Shown piece by piece: positions 8,293-17,472 of a stretch of 64,000 bases of DNA. Below the pieces are notes generated by a model that saw only the letters and a list, made by a program, of their open reading frames with translations, searched no databases and had not been told where the DNA came from. A program made the position numbers and the translations under genes. The first letter of the stretch is position 1. Each line of letters opens with the position of its first letter. The stretch is from Patescibacteria group bacterium (GTDB taxonomy: Bacteria > Bacillota > UBA4882 > JAAYXC01): NCBI GenBank assembly GCA_050260175.1, contig JBLNBS010000156.1:6098-70097 (forward strand), read 5' to 3'.

Positions 8293-9508
8293 ACGGAACC
8301 GCGCAAGCGGCGCCGCGCTGCTCGTCGTCATCTGGGCGCTGGCCGTCATCGGCGCGGTCGTCGCAGCCTATTTCGGCCGCGGCCTGCTCGAGGTCAAGCT
8401 AGCCCAGGACCTGCGGCAGGAGATGGAGGCCAGGGCCCTGGCCCAGGCGGGCCTCGCCTGTTTCATCCGCCGCTTCCTGGACGACCGGGACGGGACGGAC
8501 GATGCGGGTTCGGCCTGGCTGTTCGCCGGGGACGACGCGCCGCCTGATTTTCCCGAGGGCAGCGTCGAGGTGAGGGTGGCCGATCTCGGCAGCAGGATCA
8601 ACCTCAACCTGGACGGCGAGGACGGGCTCCTGCAGGCCTTTGGGGGCAGAAGAGAGCCGGTCGACGCCATCCTGGACTGGCGCGACGCCGATGACGAGCC
8701 GCGCACCGGCGGCGCCGAGGCGGACTACTACGCCGGGCTGACCCCTCCCATGCGGGCGGCCAACGGCATGTTCCGCAGCCCCGAGGAGGCGCTCCTCGTC
8801 AAGGGTCTGGCCAAGTTCCCGAGGACCCTGGCGAACGAGACCACGGTCTTTGGCCGGGCCAATCCCAACCTGATCGGCACGGAGACCTGGACCGCGATCC
8901 TCGTGGCCGCCGGTTTCGACGAGCTCCGGGTCGAGCTGCTCTCCGAGCAGTTCACCCAGGTCCGGGGCGACGCCATCAAGGCGGGCCGCGTACCCTTTGC
9001 CCAGCCGGACGATCTAAAACAGCTCCAGAGCGCCACCTACCTGACGCTGGAGCGGTTGCTCCCCTATCTCACCTTTACGGGGCGGATCAATCCCAATCTG
9101 GCGAGCGAGCGGTCCCTGCGGGCGGCCCTGGCCGTCCTGGGGGTACAGGCGGATAAAGCTAAGGCCATCGTCGCGGCCAGGGACGCCGCCCCATTTCGAG
9201 AGCTAGGCGCGCTGCAGGGCTTTCTGGTCAAGACCGATCAAAAATTAGTCAGCAAGGACTGGACCGACCAGGTCTTTACCCTCCAGACGACCCTGGCGGG
9301 CGTGGAGATCGTCGGCAAGACAAAAAGCGGCGCCCTCCACCGCCTCGTGGCCGTGGTGGAGAGGTTTCATCCGCCGCGGGAAACGGAGCTTTGGCAATGC
9401 CGGTTCCTCTACTGGCGCGAGTGGCCTGGCGAGGGCTTCCCCGTCCTGCCCGAGGAGGACGGGGAACAGGGCGCCGGGGAGCCGGAACTCGAGGAAACGG
9501 CGGGCTGA
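8285..9508 (+). CDS. gspK: Minor pseudopilin GspK
   Basis: N-terminal hydrophobic segment without Glu+5 (SGAALLVVIWALAVIGAV), as in GspK. Signature ILDWRDADDEPRTGGAEADYYAGLTPPMRAANGMFRSPEEALLVKG. Confidence 0.85.
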   Translation: MAERNRASGAALLVVIWALAVIGAVVAAYFGRGLLEVKLAQDLRQEMEARALAQAGLACFIRRFLDDRDGTDDAGSAWLFAGDDAPPDFPEGSVEVRVADLGSRINLNLDGEDGLLQAFGGRREPVDAILDWRDADDEPRTGGAEADYYAGLTPPMRAANGMFRSPEEALLVKGLAKFPRTLANETTVFGRANPNLIGTETWTAILVAAGFDELRVELLSEQFTQVRGDAIKAGRVPFAQPDDLKQLQSATYLTLERLLPYLTFTGRINPNLASERSLRAALAVLGVQADKAKAIVAARDAAPFRELGALQGFLVKTDQKLVSKDWTDQVFTLQTTLAGVEIVGKTKSGALHRLVAVVERFHPPRETELWQCRFLYWREWPGEGFPVLPEEDGEQGAGEPELEETAG

Positions 9509-9535
9509 GCCGGTCTTGCAACCGGCTCCCCGCGC

Positions 9536-11065
9536 GTGATCGGAGGTCGCAAGGTGCGCCCACACTCTTTCTTTGGCTCTCGCGCCCATCCTGGCGGCGT
9601 GGTGGGATTCGACTGCGACGGCGATGAACTACACGCCGCGGAACTCCGCCTGACCGCGGGCGGCCCCTGCCTGGTTGCGGCCAGATCCATGCGCGTGGCG
9701 GGTGAGGTCTCCTCCCGCGGTGAACTGCTCTCCACCTACCTCCTGGAGATGCTCCGCGAGGGCGGCTTCCGCGCTGCGGCCGGGGCCATGGCCGTCCCCC
9801 GCGCCGGGGCCGTCGCCCGCGTCCTGGACCTCCCCCCGCTCAAGGCGGAATCGACCGGGCTGGCCGCGGCCGCCGCGCTCGAGGACCAGCTCCCCTTCCC
9901 CCCGTCCGAGCTCTGCCTGGGCTGGCGACGACAGGCCGGAAGCCGGGTGGTGCGCGCCGCCGCCGCCCGCCGCGCCGCGGTCGAGGAATGCCGGGCCGCC
10001 ATGACGGCCGCGGGTCTTTCCCCATCCCGCGTCGACGTGCGGCCCCTGGCAGCCGCCGCCGCTTTACATTACTGGCACGGCAGGAGTCTCGGCAATCGCA
10101 CCGCCGTCCTCCTGGAGCTGAGGCGCGCGGAGTCGGCCTTGATCTGCCTGCGCAAAGGCGAGGTTACTTACTCCCGTGCCCTGCCGGGCCTGGGGGAGGA
10201 GCCCGCGGCCGGCCTGCCGGGACTCGCGGCGGAACTCTCCTCCAGCCTCGCCATCCTGCGCGCCCGGCCGGACTGGGACGACCCGGGTTGCCTCTGGCTC
10301 GCCGGGATCTGTGCCGCGGATGCGGAGGTCCGCCGGACCTTGGCCGGGCTGCTCGGCCTGGCGCCCGAGGTCTGCCGGGCGGCATCGATCCCCGTCGCGG
10401 AAGGATCCCGCTTTGTCCAGGGAGCCGCGGCCGATCGTTTCGGTATGGGCCCCGAGGCCCCCCGGGAACTGGGGCCCGAGATGCTGGTCCCAATCGGGCT
10501 CTGCCTGGGCGCTCTGGGCCTGGCGGACATGGGACCTGACCTCCTGCCGGGGCTTTCCACGGACAAGCGGACCCGCCATCCCTTCCTCTCCCTCGCCGTC
10601 CCCCTGGGACTGACCGTGATCCTCGCCCTGGGCGGCCTCAGGTTCCTGGCGGCGGCCGGGCGCAGGCGGATGGAAGTGCGGCGGGCATGGCTCTCGGCCA
10701 ACGCCGGGCGGATCGCCGCCCTGGAGCGGCTGCAGGCCGAGACGGCGTCGCAGGCGCGCAGCTTTGCGCATCTCGACGGGTACGGGAAGGAATCCGCGGC
10801 GTATCTGGACTTTCTCCTTGCGCTGGACCAGGCCCTGCCGGCCGAGACCATCGTGACCCGCCTCTCGCTGGCCGGCGGGCGCGTGCAGACCCTCGAGGGC
10901 TACACGCCGTCGGTCTCCGTCCTTTTACGGCGGCTCAAGGCCGATCCGTCGCTCGCCCGCCTGAACCTGCGCGGCCAGGCCGTGGCCAGGACCGTCGGCG
11001 GGCGCACCATGGAGGTATTCGCGCTGGCGGGACCCATCGGCCGGGGTGGGGAGGAAAAGCCATGA
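9536..11065 (+). CDS. GspL-like assembly protein (PilM-like cytoplasmic actin-fold domain + TM + PilN-like periplasmic domain)
   Basis: About 500 aa in the position after gspK. N-terminus VGFDCDGDELHAAELRL... resembles PilM/GspL cytoplasmic domains. One TM (FLSLAVPLGLTVILALGGLRFL) followed by a roughly 130-aa tail. The start codon is uncertain. Confidence 0.6.
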   Translation: MIGGRKVRPHSFFGSRAHPGGVVGFDCDGDELHAAELRLTAGGPCLVAARSMRVAGEVSSRGELLSTYLLEMLREGGFRAAAGAMAVPRAGAVARVLDLPPLKAESTGLAAAAALEDQLPFPPSELCLGWRRQAGSRVVRAAAARRAAVEECRAAMTAAGLSPSRVDVRPLAAAAALHYWHGRSLGNRTAVLLELRRAESALICLRKGEVTYSRALPGLGEEPAAGLPGLAAELSSSLAILRARPDWDDPGCLWLAGICAADAEVRRTLAGLLGLAPEVCRAASIPVAEGSRFVQGAAADRFGMGPEAPRELGPEMLVPIGLCLGALGLADMGPDLLPGLSTDKRTRHPFLSLAVPLGLTVILALGGLRFLAAAGRRRMEVRRAWLSANAGRIAALERLQAETASQARSFAHLDGYGKESAAYLDFLLALDQALPAETIVTRLSLAGGRVQTLEGYTPSVSVLLRRLKADPSLARLNLRGQAVARTVGGRTMEVFALAGPIGRGGEEKP

Positions 11066-11616
11066 AACTCAGCCATTCCGAGCGGCGCACGCTGGGCGTG
11101 GTCGGCGCCGCGCTTTTCCTGCTCCTCGTCTTTACCTATGGCATACAACCCCTCCTGGGCGCCGGGTTGAGCGGAGAGGACAAGGCGCTGGCGAACCGGG
11201 TGGCGCGGGCAAGGCTCCTCCTTGCCAAGGCGGCGGGCATTCACGCTCGCCACGCGGCGCAGGCCGAGGCGCTCGCCGGGGCAATGGCCCATTTCCCGCC
11301 CGACGCCAAGACGGATCGGGGCGGCCTCTCGCTCCTTGCCGGCGTGGAAAAAGCAGCGCTTGCCGCGGGGCTGACCCTGACCGCCAAGGGCCTCGGCCCG
11401 GCCGGGCGCGGCACCCCGCCCGAGGTCAGCGTGGCCATAGCCGGCCAGGGCGAACCCGCCGCGGTCTTTGGCTTTCTTTACAGGCTCCGCGCCGGCGCGG
11501 TGCGAGTGGAGATCAAGCGCCTGGACCTGGCGGCGGGCGAGGAGCGCATCCTCCAAATCCAGGCGGAGATCGCCACCATCCTGCCGCGGGCCAAGGGGGT
11601 TCCGGCTGATGAGTAA
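11062..11616 (+). CDS. GspM/PilO-like bitopic assembly protein
   Basis: ATGA overlap with the upstream gene. N-terminal TM (LGVVGAALFLLLVF), a coiled segment and a small C-terminal domain. Called from position and topology only. Confidence 0.5.
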   Translation: MKLSHSERRTLGVVGAALFLLLVFTYGIQPLLGAGLSGEDKALANRVARARLLLAKAAGIHARHAAQAEALAGAMAHFPPDAKTDRGGLSLLAGVEKAALAAGLTLTAKGLGPAGRGTPPEVSVAIAGQGEPAAVFGFLYRLRAGAVRVEIKRLDLAAGEERILQIQAEIATILPRAKGVPADE

Positions 11617-12076
11617 GCTTTTATCCCCGCGCCTGCTGTGGCTGGCGGCCGCCCTCGCCGCCGCGTTCTGCGCCTACGGGTTTTGGTCCTATGCGGTCGC
11701 CGGCCGGCCGGTCGAGCCCGTCAAACCCCGCGCCGCAACAGCGGCGGGCCCCGTCCGCGCCGCGAAGAACGTGCCCGGTCCCGGCCTTTACGCGGGCCTG
11801 GCCGGGGGGAGGATGTTCTTTGGCGAGGCGCAGACCGCCGCGGGCGGGGACGGGAGTCCCGGCGTCTACGTCTCCGCGCTGGTCCTGCGGGGCATCGTGC
11901 TCGGCGGGGGGCGGAAACCACTGGCCATCCTGGCGCGGGCCGGTTCGCCGCCCGAGGCGGAGTCATGGACCGTGAGCGTGGGCCAGACCGTGGAGGGCGA
12001 GACGGTGGTCGCCATCAACCGGGACAGCGTGACCCTGGCGCGCGGCGGCCAGGTGACCGTGCTTTTTCTACAGTGA
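11609..12076 (+). CDS. GspC/PilP-like protein
   Basis: N-terminal TM (LLWLAAALAAAFCAYGFW). C-terminus VLRGIVLGGGRKPLAILARAG...WTVSVGQTVEGETVVAINRDSVTLARGGQVTVLFL resembles the GspC HR / PilP secretin-binding domain. Confidence 0.55.
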   Translation: MSKLLSPRLLWLAAALAAAFCAYGFWSYAVAGRPVEPVKPRAATAAGPVRAAKNVPGPGLYAGLAGGRMFFGEAQTAAGGDGSPGVYVSALVLRGIVLGGGRKPLAILARAGSPPEAESWTVSVGQTVEGETVVAINRDSVTLARGGQVTVLFLQ

Positions 12077-12213
12077 CGGCTTTCTTTCGGATCAAGTTTA
12101 GAGAGGTTTGACAACCCAAAAAAACTGTTCTCGCGCGGAGACGCGGATTACCATGAGTTCCAGTAAGATAAAATCCTGTTAATCCTGTCCATTTCTATGC
12201 GGGAGGCACAAAA

Positions 12214-12990
12214 GTGCAACAGGCTGTGGAACTGGCGGTCGGCGGACGGACGCTCCGGGGCATGCTGCACGTCCCCGCGGCTGGCGGACGCTGCCCGGTG
12301 GCCGCGATCTATCACGGCTTTACCGGCCAGCGCATGGAGCCCCATTTCATCATGGTCAAGCTCTCGCGCGCCCTGGCGGCCGCGGGCATCGCCAGCGTGA
12401 GATTTGACTTTGGCGGCAGCGGCGAGAGCGACGGTGAATTCGCGGAGATGACCCTCACAAGCGAGGTCGCCGAGGCCAAGGCCATCCTGGACTATGCCCG
12501 GGCCCTGCCCTTTGCCGATCCTTCGCGCGCCTTCCTGGTCGGCCTCTCCATGGGCGGGGCCGTCGCCAGCGTCGTGGCGGGGGACGAGCCTGACAAGGTG
12601 CGGGCCATAGCCCTCTGGTCCGCCGCCGGCAACCTGCCGGAGCTCTTCGCCGCCCGCCAAAGCCCGGAAGGACAGGAGGCCCTGGCCAGGCTGGGCAGGG
12701 TGGATCTGGGCGGCCTGTGGCTGGGCAAGGGGTTCCTTGACGACCTGGCCCAATGGGACATCTACCGGCGGGCTGCTCCCTACCGGGGCCGCGTCCTCCT
12801 TTTGCACGGCGGCGCGGACGAGACCGTGCCCCTGTCCGCCTCGGAAAGGTACCGGGAGATCTACGGCGGCCGCGCCGAAATGCACGTCATCGCCGGAGCG
12901 GACCATACCTTCAACCGTTGCGACTGGGAGGAGGAGGTCATCGGGAGAACGGTGGAGTTTTTCACTTCAATCTCAGGCGGATCGTCTTGA
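12214..12990 (+). CDS. Alpha/beta hydrolase (serine hydrolase)
   Basis: Nucleophile elbow GLSMGGAVAS. Late D and H (LLLHGGADETVP, GADHTF). GTG start preceded by GGGAGG. Confidence 0.85.
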   Translation: MQQAVELAVGGRTLRGMLHVPAAGGRCPVAAIYHGFTGQRMEPHFIMVKLSRALAAAGIASVRFDFGGSGESDGEFAEMTLTSEVAEAKAILDYARALPFADPSRAFLVGLSMGGAVASVVAGDEPDKVRAIALWSAAGNLPELFAARQSPEGQEALARLGRVDLGGLWLGKGFLDDLAQWDIYRRAAPYRGRVLLLHGGADETVPLSASERYREIYGGRAEMHVIAGADHTFNRCDWEEEVIGRTVEFFTSISGGSS

Positions 12991-15900
12991 TCTCGAACGG
13001 CCGGAAATCGAGCGCGATCTCCTCTCCGCCGGGGAGTGACCGGATCGGGCGCTCGAGCATGTCCGCTTCCGCCGCCCCGCCGGCCGGCAGGGAGGTCCGC
13101 AAACGACAGTTGGTCGCCGTGCGCATGGCCTCGTAGAGGCGGACCACGATGTCACCGGAACCGTCGTCCGCCGGCTTGACGGTCTCGATGACCACGTTGG
13201 GCGCGGAGAGCGCGAAGAGGGATGCCTCGCCCGCCGCTCCCGGGGTTACCGTCACGGGGCAGTTGAGATCGTAAGCCTCCCGCGGGACGCCGCTCTCCAT
13301 GAGACTCCCGCCCCAAAAGTAAAAGGCGTACGCGAACTCCTGCCTGCCCCGGTCGGCGTCCATGTCCGGCGCCAGGGGTGAGCGGAGCAGGGTCAGGGAG
13401 ATGGTCCGCCCGAGGACGCTCACGCCGTACTTGCAGTCGTTCAGCACCGCGGCGCCCCGGCCCTCCTCGCAGAGGGCGGTCCACTTGTGGTTGCAGACCT
13501 CGAAACGGTCGGCGTCAAAGGGCCGCGAGCGGTGGTTGGGCCGGCGGATGTGGCCGAACTGGATCTCGTGCACGGCCTCGTGCGCGTGCACGTCCACGGG
13601 GAAAGCCACCTTGAGGAGCTTGTGCCGCTCGCGCCAGTCGATCGTGGTCCAAAAGTCGATGCGCCGGCTGCCGCGGCGCAGGACGATCTCCTGCGTCATG
13701 CGGGAATCGTGCAGGCGCCGCGCCACCCGCACCGCGGCCCAGAGCGGGCCCGCGGCGACGGCCTCGACCTCGGCCTCCTCCGGCAGATCGACCGGACACA
13801 GCTCGTACTGGCTGTCGATGTCCCACGCGTCGAACCAGGCGGGGATGTCGCGAAACATGCGGAACTCGTTGCAGACACCGGCTGAGATCTCCCGGCCCGT
13901 CTCTTTGTCAAGGATGCTTCTGATCCCGCCCCTGGCATCTATCTCCACGCGGATGAGCTCGTTCTCCAGGCAGTCCGGCGCGGCCCGCAGCGCATGAGCG
14001 GGGGCCGCCGCGAGGGCCGCCGGCCACAGCGTGGCCCAGCCGCAGGCGGGCACCGCCGCCTCCGCGTATTTGCCGTCCCCCGTCTCCTGCACGGGCAGGG
14101 GATTGCCCGCCCCATCAGCCGCGCCGTCCCAGCCCGCCGGCAGCCGCACCAGCGCCCGCCGCGCCCAGGATAGCGAGTTAAAGACCGCCGCCGCCTCCCC
14201 CGGCGCCGCGAGGGAGGCCCTGGCCGCGCCCGCCGTCATTTCGGCAAAAGCGAGTACCCGGGCCTGGGCGGCCTCCGCTTCCTCGTAGACGCGGTGGATC
14301 GAGGAGCCGGGCAGGATGTCGTGGAACTGGTGGAGCAAGAGTTCCCGCCAGGCCTCGTCCATGGCCGCGGCGGGATAGGCGAAGCCGCGCAGGGCCCCGG
14401 CCGCCGCCCCCCATATCTCCGCCTCGCGCAAGGCGAATTCGCACTTGCGGTTCCCCCGCTTGGTCCGGGCTTGCGTGGTGTAGGTGCCGCGGTGGGCCTG
14501 GAAATACAGCTCGCCCACGTAGCGTTCGCCGGGCGCGCCCCGCGCCTCGAGATCCCTGAAGAACTCGGCCGGCCCCGCCATCCTCGTCCTGGGCGCGCCC
14601 TCGAGATCGCCGAGCCGGCGCAGGAACTCCAGGTGGTTCCTGGTGGCGCCGCCGCCGCCGTCGCCGTGGCCAAAGGGATAGAGCCGCGTACTGATGCCGT
14701 CTTTTTGCACCCTCTCGCGCCAGCGGCCGATGACGGAGGCGGGATCGGTCATGGCGTTGTAGTCGTTGTGCAGGTGCGTCAGGATCGTGCTGCCGTCGAT
14801 CCCTTCCCAGAGGAAGGTATTGTACGGGAAGGGCTCGCCGCCGTTGTAGTTCCAGAAGATCTTTTGCGTCGAGAAATACCTGATGCCGCAGCCCCGCATG
14901 ATCTGGGGCAGGGCGCCGGTATAGCCAAAGACGTCGGGCAGCCAGAGGAGCTCGCAGTCCACGCCGAACTCCTCCCGGAAGAACCGCTTGCCCAAGAGGA
15001 GCTGCCGGATCAGGCTCTCGCCGCCCGTGACGTTGGTGTCCGCCTCGACCCACATGCCGCCCTCGGGGATGAAACGCCCGGACGCGGCCGCCTCCTTTAT
15101 GCGGGTATAGAGCCCGGGGTAGCGCTCCTTGACCATCCGGTAGAGGAGCGGCTGGCTCTGGAGGAAACGGTACTCCGGATATTCCTCCATGAGCGCGAGC
15201 TGGGTGCCAAAGGTCCGCGCGCACTTGCGCATCGTCTCCGCCAGGGGCCAGAGCCAGGCCACGTCGATGTGGGCGTGGCCGAAACAGAAGAAAAGCGGCG
15301 CCGTGGAGCCGTTGACGCAGGCCAAAAGCGGCGCCAGCCTCTCCCGGCACCGCCGGCACGCGGCGAGCATCTCCTCCCGCGGCAGCTCGAGATCGGCGAT
15401 GAGGGTAAAATCCCGCAGGCCCCGGTCGATCTCGGCCGCGCGCAGGGACTCCTGGTCGATATTCATCCTGAGCTGGTAGAGCGTCTCGACATCCAGCCAG
15501 AGCTGATAGACGTCCTCCTGCCAGACGCCGTAGGTCGACTCGCCCACCATCCGCTGCGCCGGCCCCGGGTCGGGCACGGTCACCCGCTCCGGCGGCGCGG
15601 GCCCGCCCTCGCAGGGCGTTGGGCCGTGGCCCGCGTAGGCCTCGAGCAGAATCTCGTACCGCGCGCCGGGCGCGCCCGACCGGCTGAGCGTGATCTCCGC
15701 GTGCTGGCTGTCGACAGCGCCCGCGTGCCGCCCGTTCACGAGCACCATGGCCTCGGCGCCCACGTCGGGGCGGAGGACGATCCGCTCCCCCGCAACTTCC
15801 GGCGGCAGGACCACCTCGCCTTTGAACCAGGCATACTCCCACTTGCCGCCCCAGGCCGTGCCGGGGGGCATGGGGGCGAAGTCCCCCCGCGCCGCCAGGT

Positions 15901-16024
15901 CCGGATCGAGCTGCTCGCTCGTCACGAAACCCCGGAGCGGCACGGTGCCCAACGGACGGTAGAAATGGCGCGTAAGTTCGTTGCGCCAGGCGTCGATGCG
16001 GTGGAGCCATTCGGGCGTGAACAT
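12962..16024 (-). CDS. Glycoside hydrolase family 38 alpha-mannosidase
   Basis: 1020 aa. GH38 N-terminal motifs FGHAHIDVAWLWP and EGGMWVEADTN, followed by central and C-terminal GH38-type regions. Confidence 0.9.
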   Translation of the reverse strand: MFTPEWLHRIDAWRNELTRHFYRPLGTVPLRGFVTSEQLDPDLAARGDFAPMPPGTAWGGKWEYAWFKGEVVLPPEVAGERIVLRPDVGAEAMVLVNGRHAGAVDSQHAEITLSRSGAPGARYEILLEAYAGHGPTPCEGGPAPPERVTVPDPGPAQRMVGESTYGVWQEDVYQLWLDVETLYQLRMNIDQESLRAAEIDRGLRDFTLIADLELPREEMLAACRRCRERLAPLLACVNGSTAPLFFCFGHAHIDVAWLWPLAETMRKCARTFGTQLALMEEYPEYRFLQSQPLLYRMVKERYPGLYTRIKEAAASGRFIPEGGMWVEADTNVTGGESLIRQLLLGKRFFREEFGVDCELLWLPDVFGYTGALPQIMRGCGIRYFSTQKIFWNYNGGEPFPYNTFLWEGIDGSTILTHLHNDYNAMTDPASVIGRWRERVQKDGISTRLYPFGHGDGGGGATRNHLEFLRRLGDLEGAPRTRMAGPAEFFRDLEARGAPGERYVGELYFQAHRGTYTTQARTKRGNRKCEFALREAEIWGAAAGALRGFAYPAAAMDEAWRELLLHQFHDILPGSSIHRVYEEAEAAQARVLAFAEMTAGAARASLAAPGEAAAVFNSLSWARRALVRLPAGWDGAADGAGNPLPVQETGDGKYAEAAVPACGWATLWPAALAAAPAHALRAAPDCLENELIRVEIDARGGIRSILDKETGREISAGVCNEFRMFRDIPAWFDAWDIDSQYELCPVDLPEEAEVEAVAAGPLWAAVRVARRLHDSRMTQEIVLRRGSRRIDFWTTIDWRERHKLLKVAFPVDVHAHEAVHEIQFGHIRRPNHRSRPFDADRFEVCNHKWTALCEEGRGAAVLNDCKYGVSVLGRTISLTLLRSPLAPDMDADRGRQEFAYAFYFWGGSLMESGVPREAYDLNCPVTVTPGAAGEASLFALSAPNVVIETVKPADDGSGDIVVRLYEAMRTATNCRLRTSLPAGGAAEADMLERPIRSLPGGEEIALDFRPFEIKTIRLRLK

Positions 16025-16240
16025 GGCGGCGGCCTCCGATCGGTGAGGGATGTGTATGGACGGGAATGGATGGATGAAGATGGGGTGTTCGGGATCAAAT
16101 TAGATGTCTGGGCGTGGATCCCCTTCCTTGATCGGGTCCGCTTGTCAGAGGTGTCACCCTCAGGTTGGGCAATTCACACTGAAATTCCGCGCTTCTGACG
16201 CTAATTCAGCGGATAGGTCTCGAATTCGTGAATAACCACG

Positions 16241-16478
16241 TTCCCCGGGCTGAACCCCGGGGCGGCTTTGGTACGTCCTTGTACGTCGCTCGCCCTTTAG
16301 CCCTTCCTGGGCGGGGGCGGCTTTGGTACGTCCTTGTACGTCGCCGCTTTTATGCCCATCCTGGGCGGAGCTAATCTCACCAACCCATCCATGGGTGATC
16401 CGGCCCATCCGTTCCCAGGGCCATTCATGGCCCTTCGTGAGATTAGCGCCGGTTTTTAGGCCGGCGTCGACCCATAAC
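16241..16478 (+). repeat. REP array (modules H, G, G, L, T)
   Basis: H = CCCCGGGCTGAACCCCGGGG. G = CGGCTTTGGTACGTCCTTGTACGTCGC (twice). L = GCTAATCTCACCAACCCATCCATGGG...CAGGGCCATTCATGGCCCTTCGTGAGATTAGC (long hairpin with a nested hairpin). T = GCGCCGGTTTTTAGGCCGGCGTC. Confidence 0.9.
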
Positions 16479-16794
16479 ATCCTGCCCAAATATCGGAAAA
16501 TTCGCCCGCTCGCTCCCCGACTCCTGCCAATCACCTGCCATTTGATGACAATGACAAACGAGACCGCCATATGCTGACGGCCTTCCAAAAAACAGTCATG
16601 AGTCGCGGGTCAGTCCCCAGTCACAGTCTCCGGTCCCCAGTCAAAAGCCTAAAAGTCGAAAGTCATAAAGCCCAAAGCCTAGATTCAACTAGGTGCCCCA
16701 TTGGCAAGCCGGAATCAGCGACCAACATTCCCGACTTGAAAACATCATCGGCGAGTCCTTATTATGTTTTAAGGCCCGCAAAACACAATAAGGA

Positions 16795-16960
16795 TTATCG
16801 TCCTTGATTTTGGTCCCTAAAGACCTGTAAGTATTGGTCAAAGACAAACAGCCGATTGCGCCGCCAGCCGGTGATCTCCTTCAGAGTCCCCATCTCAACC
16901 AGCGTGGCCACCAATTGATTGGCCGTGACATACCGCGATTCCTCATTTCGACTTCCTGTC
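16795..16960 (-). pseudogene. Remnant of a Fic-family-like protein C-terminus (winged-helix tail)
   Basis: Minus-strand frame reads ...EESRYVTANQLVATLVEMGTLKEITGWRRNRLFVFDQYLQVFRDQNQGR*. There is no upstream body and the frame is cut off by the REP array at about 16965. Lower-GC segment. Confidence 0.35.
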
Positions 16961-16965
16961 TGAAT

Positions 16966-17472
16966 CCCGGGGCTAATCTCACGAACCCATCCATGGGTGA
17001 TCCGATCTATCCGGTCTCTTAGTCCATCCGGCCCCAGGGCCGTTCACGGCCCTTCGTGAGATTAGCGCCGGTCTTTAGGCCGGCGTCGACCCATAACGCC
17101 GTTGGCCCAAAACCATCCCACATCTCTCCCCCCGGGTTGAAACCCGGGGCGGCTTTGGTACGTCCGTGTACGTCGCCGCTTTTATGCCCATCCTGGGCGG
17201 AGCTAATCTCACGAACCCATCCATGGATGGATCCGTTCCATCCGTTCCCAGGGCCGTTCACGGCCCTTCGTAAGATTAGCGCCGGTCTTTAGGCCGGCGT
17301 CAGCCAAAAATGCCGTTAGCCCAAAAACCATCCCACATCCCCCCCGGGTTGAAACCCGGGGCTAATCTCACGAACCCATCCATGGGTGATCCGGTTCATC
17401 CGATCTCAGGGTTCCATTCCCAGGGCCGTTCACGGCCCTCCGTAAGATTAGCGCCGGTCTTTAGGCCGGCGT
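16966..17472 (+). repeat. Three tandem, variably composed REP units (L+T; H+G+L+T; H+L+T)
   Basis: Units start near 16966, 17127 and 17340. The spacers themselves are repeated (GCCGTTGGCCCAAAACCATCCCACATC). The last T module contains the transposase stop codon. Confidence 0.9.
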
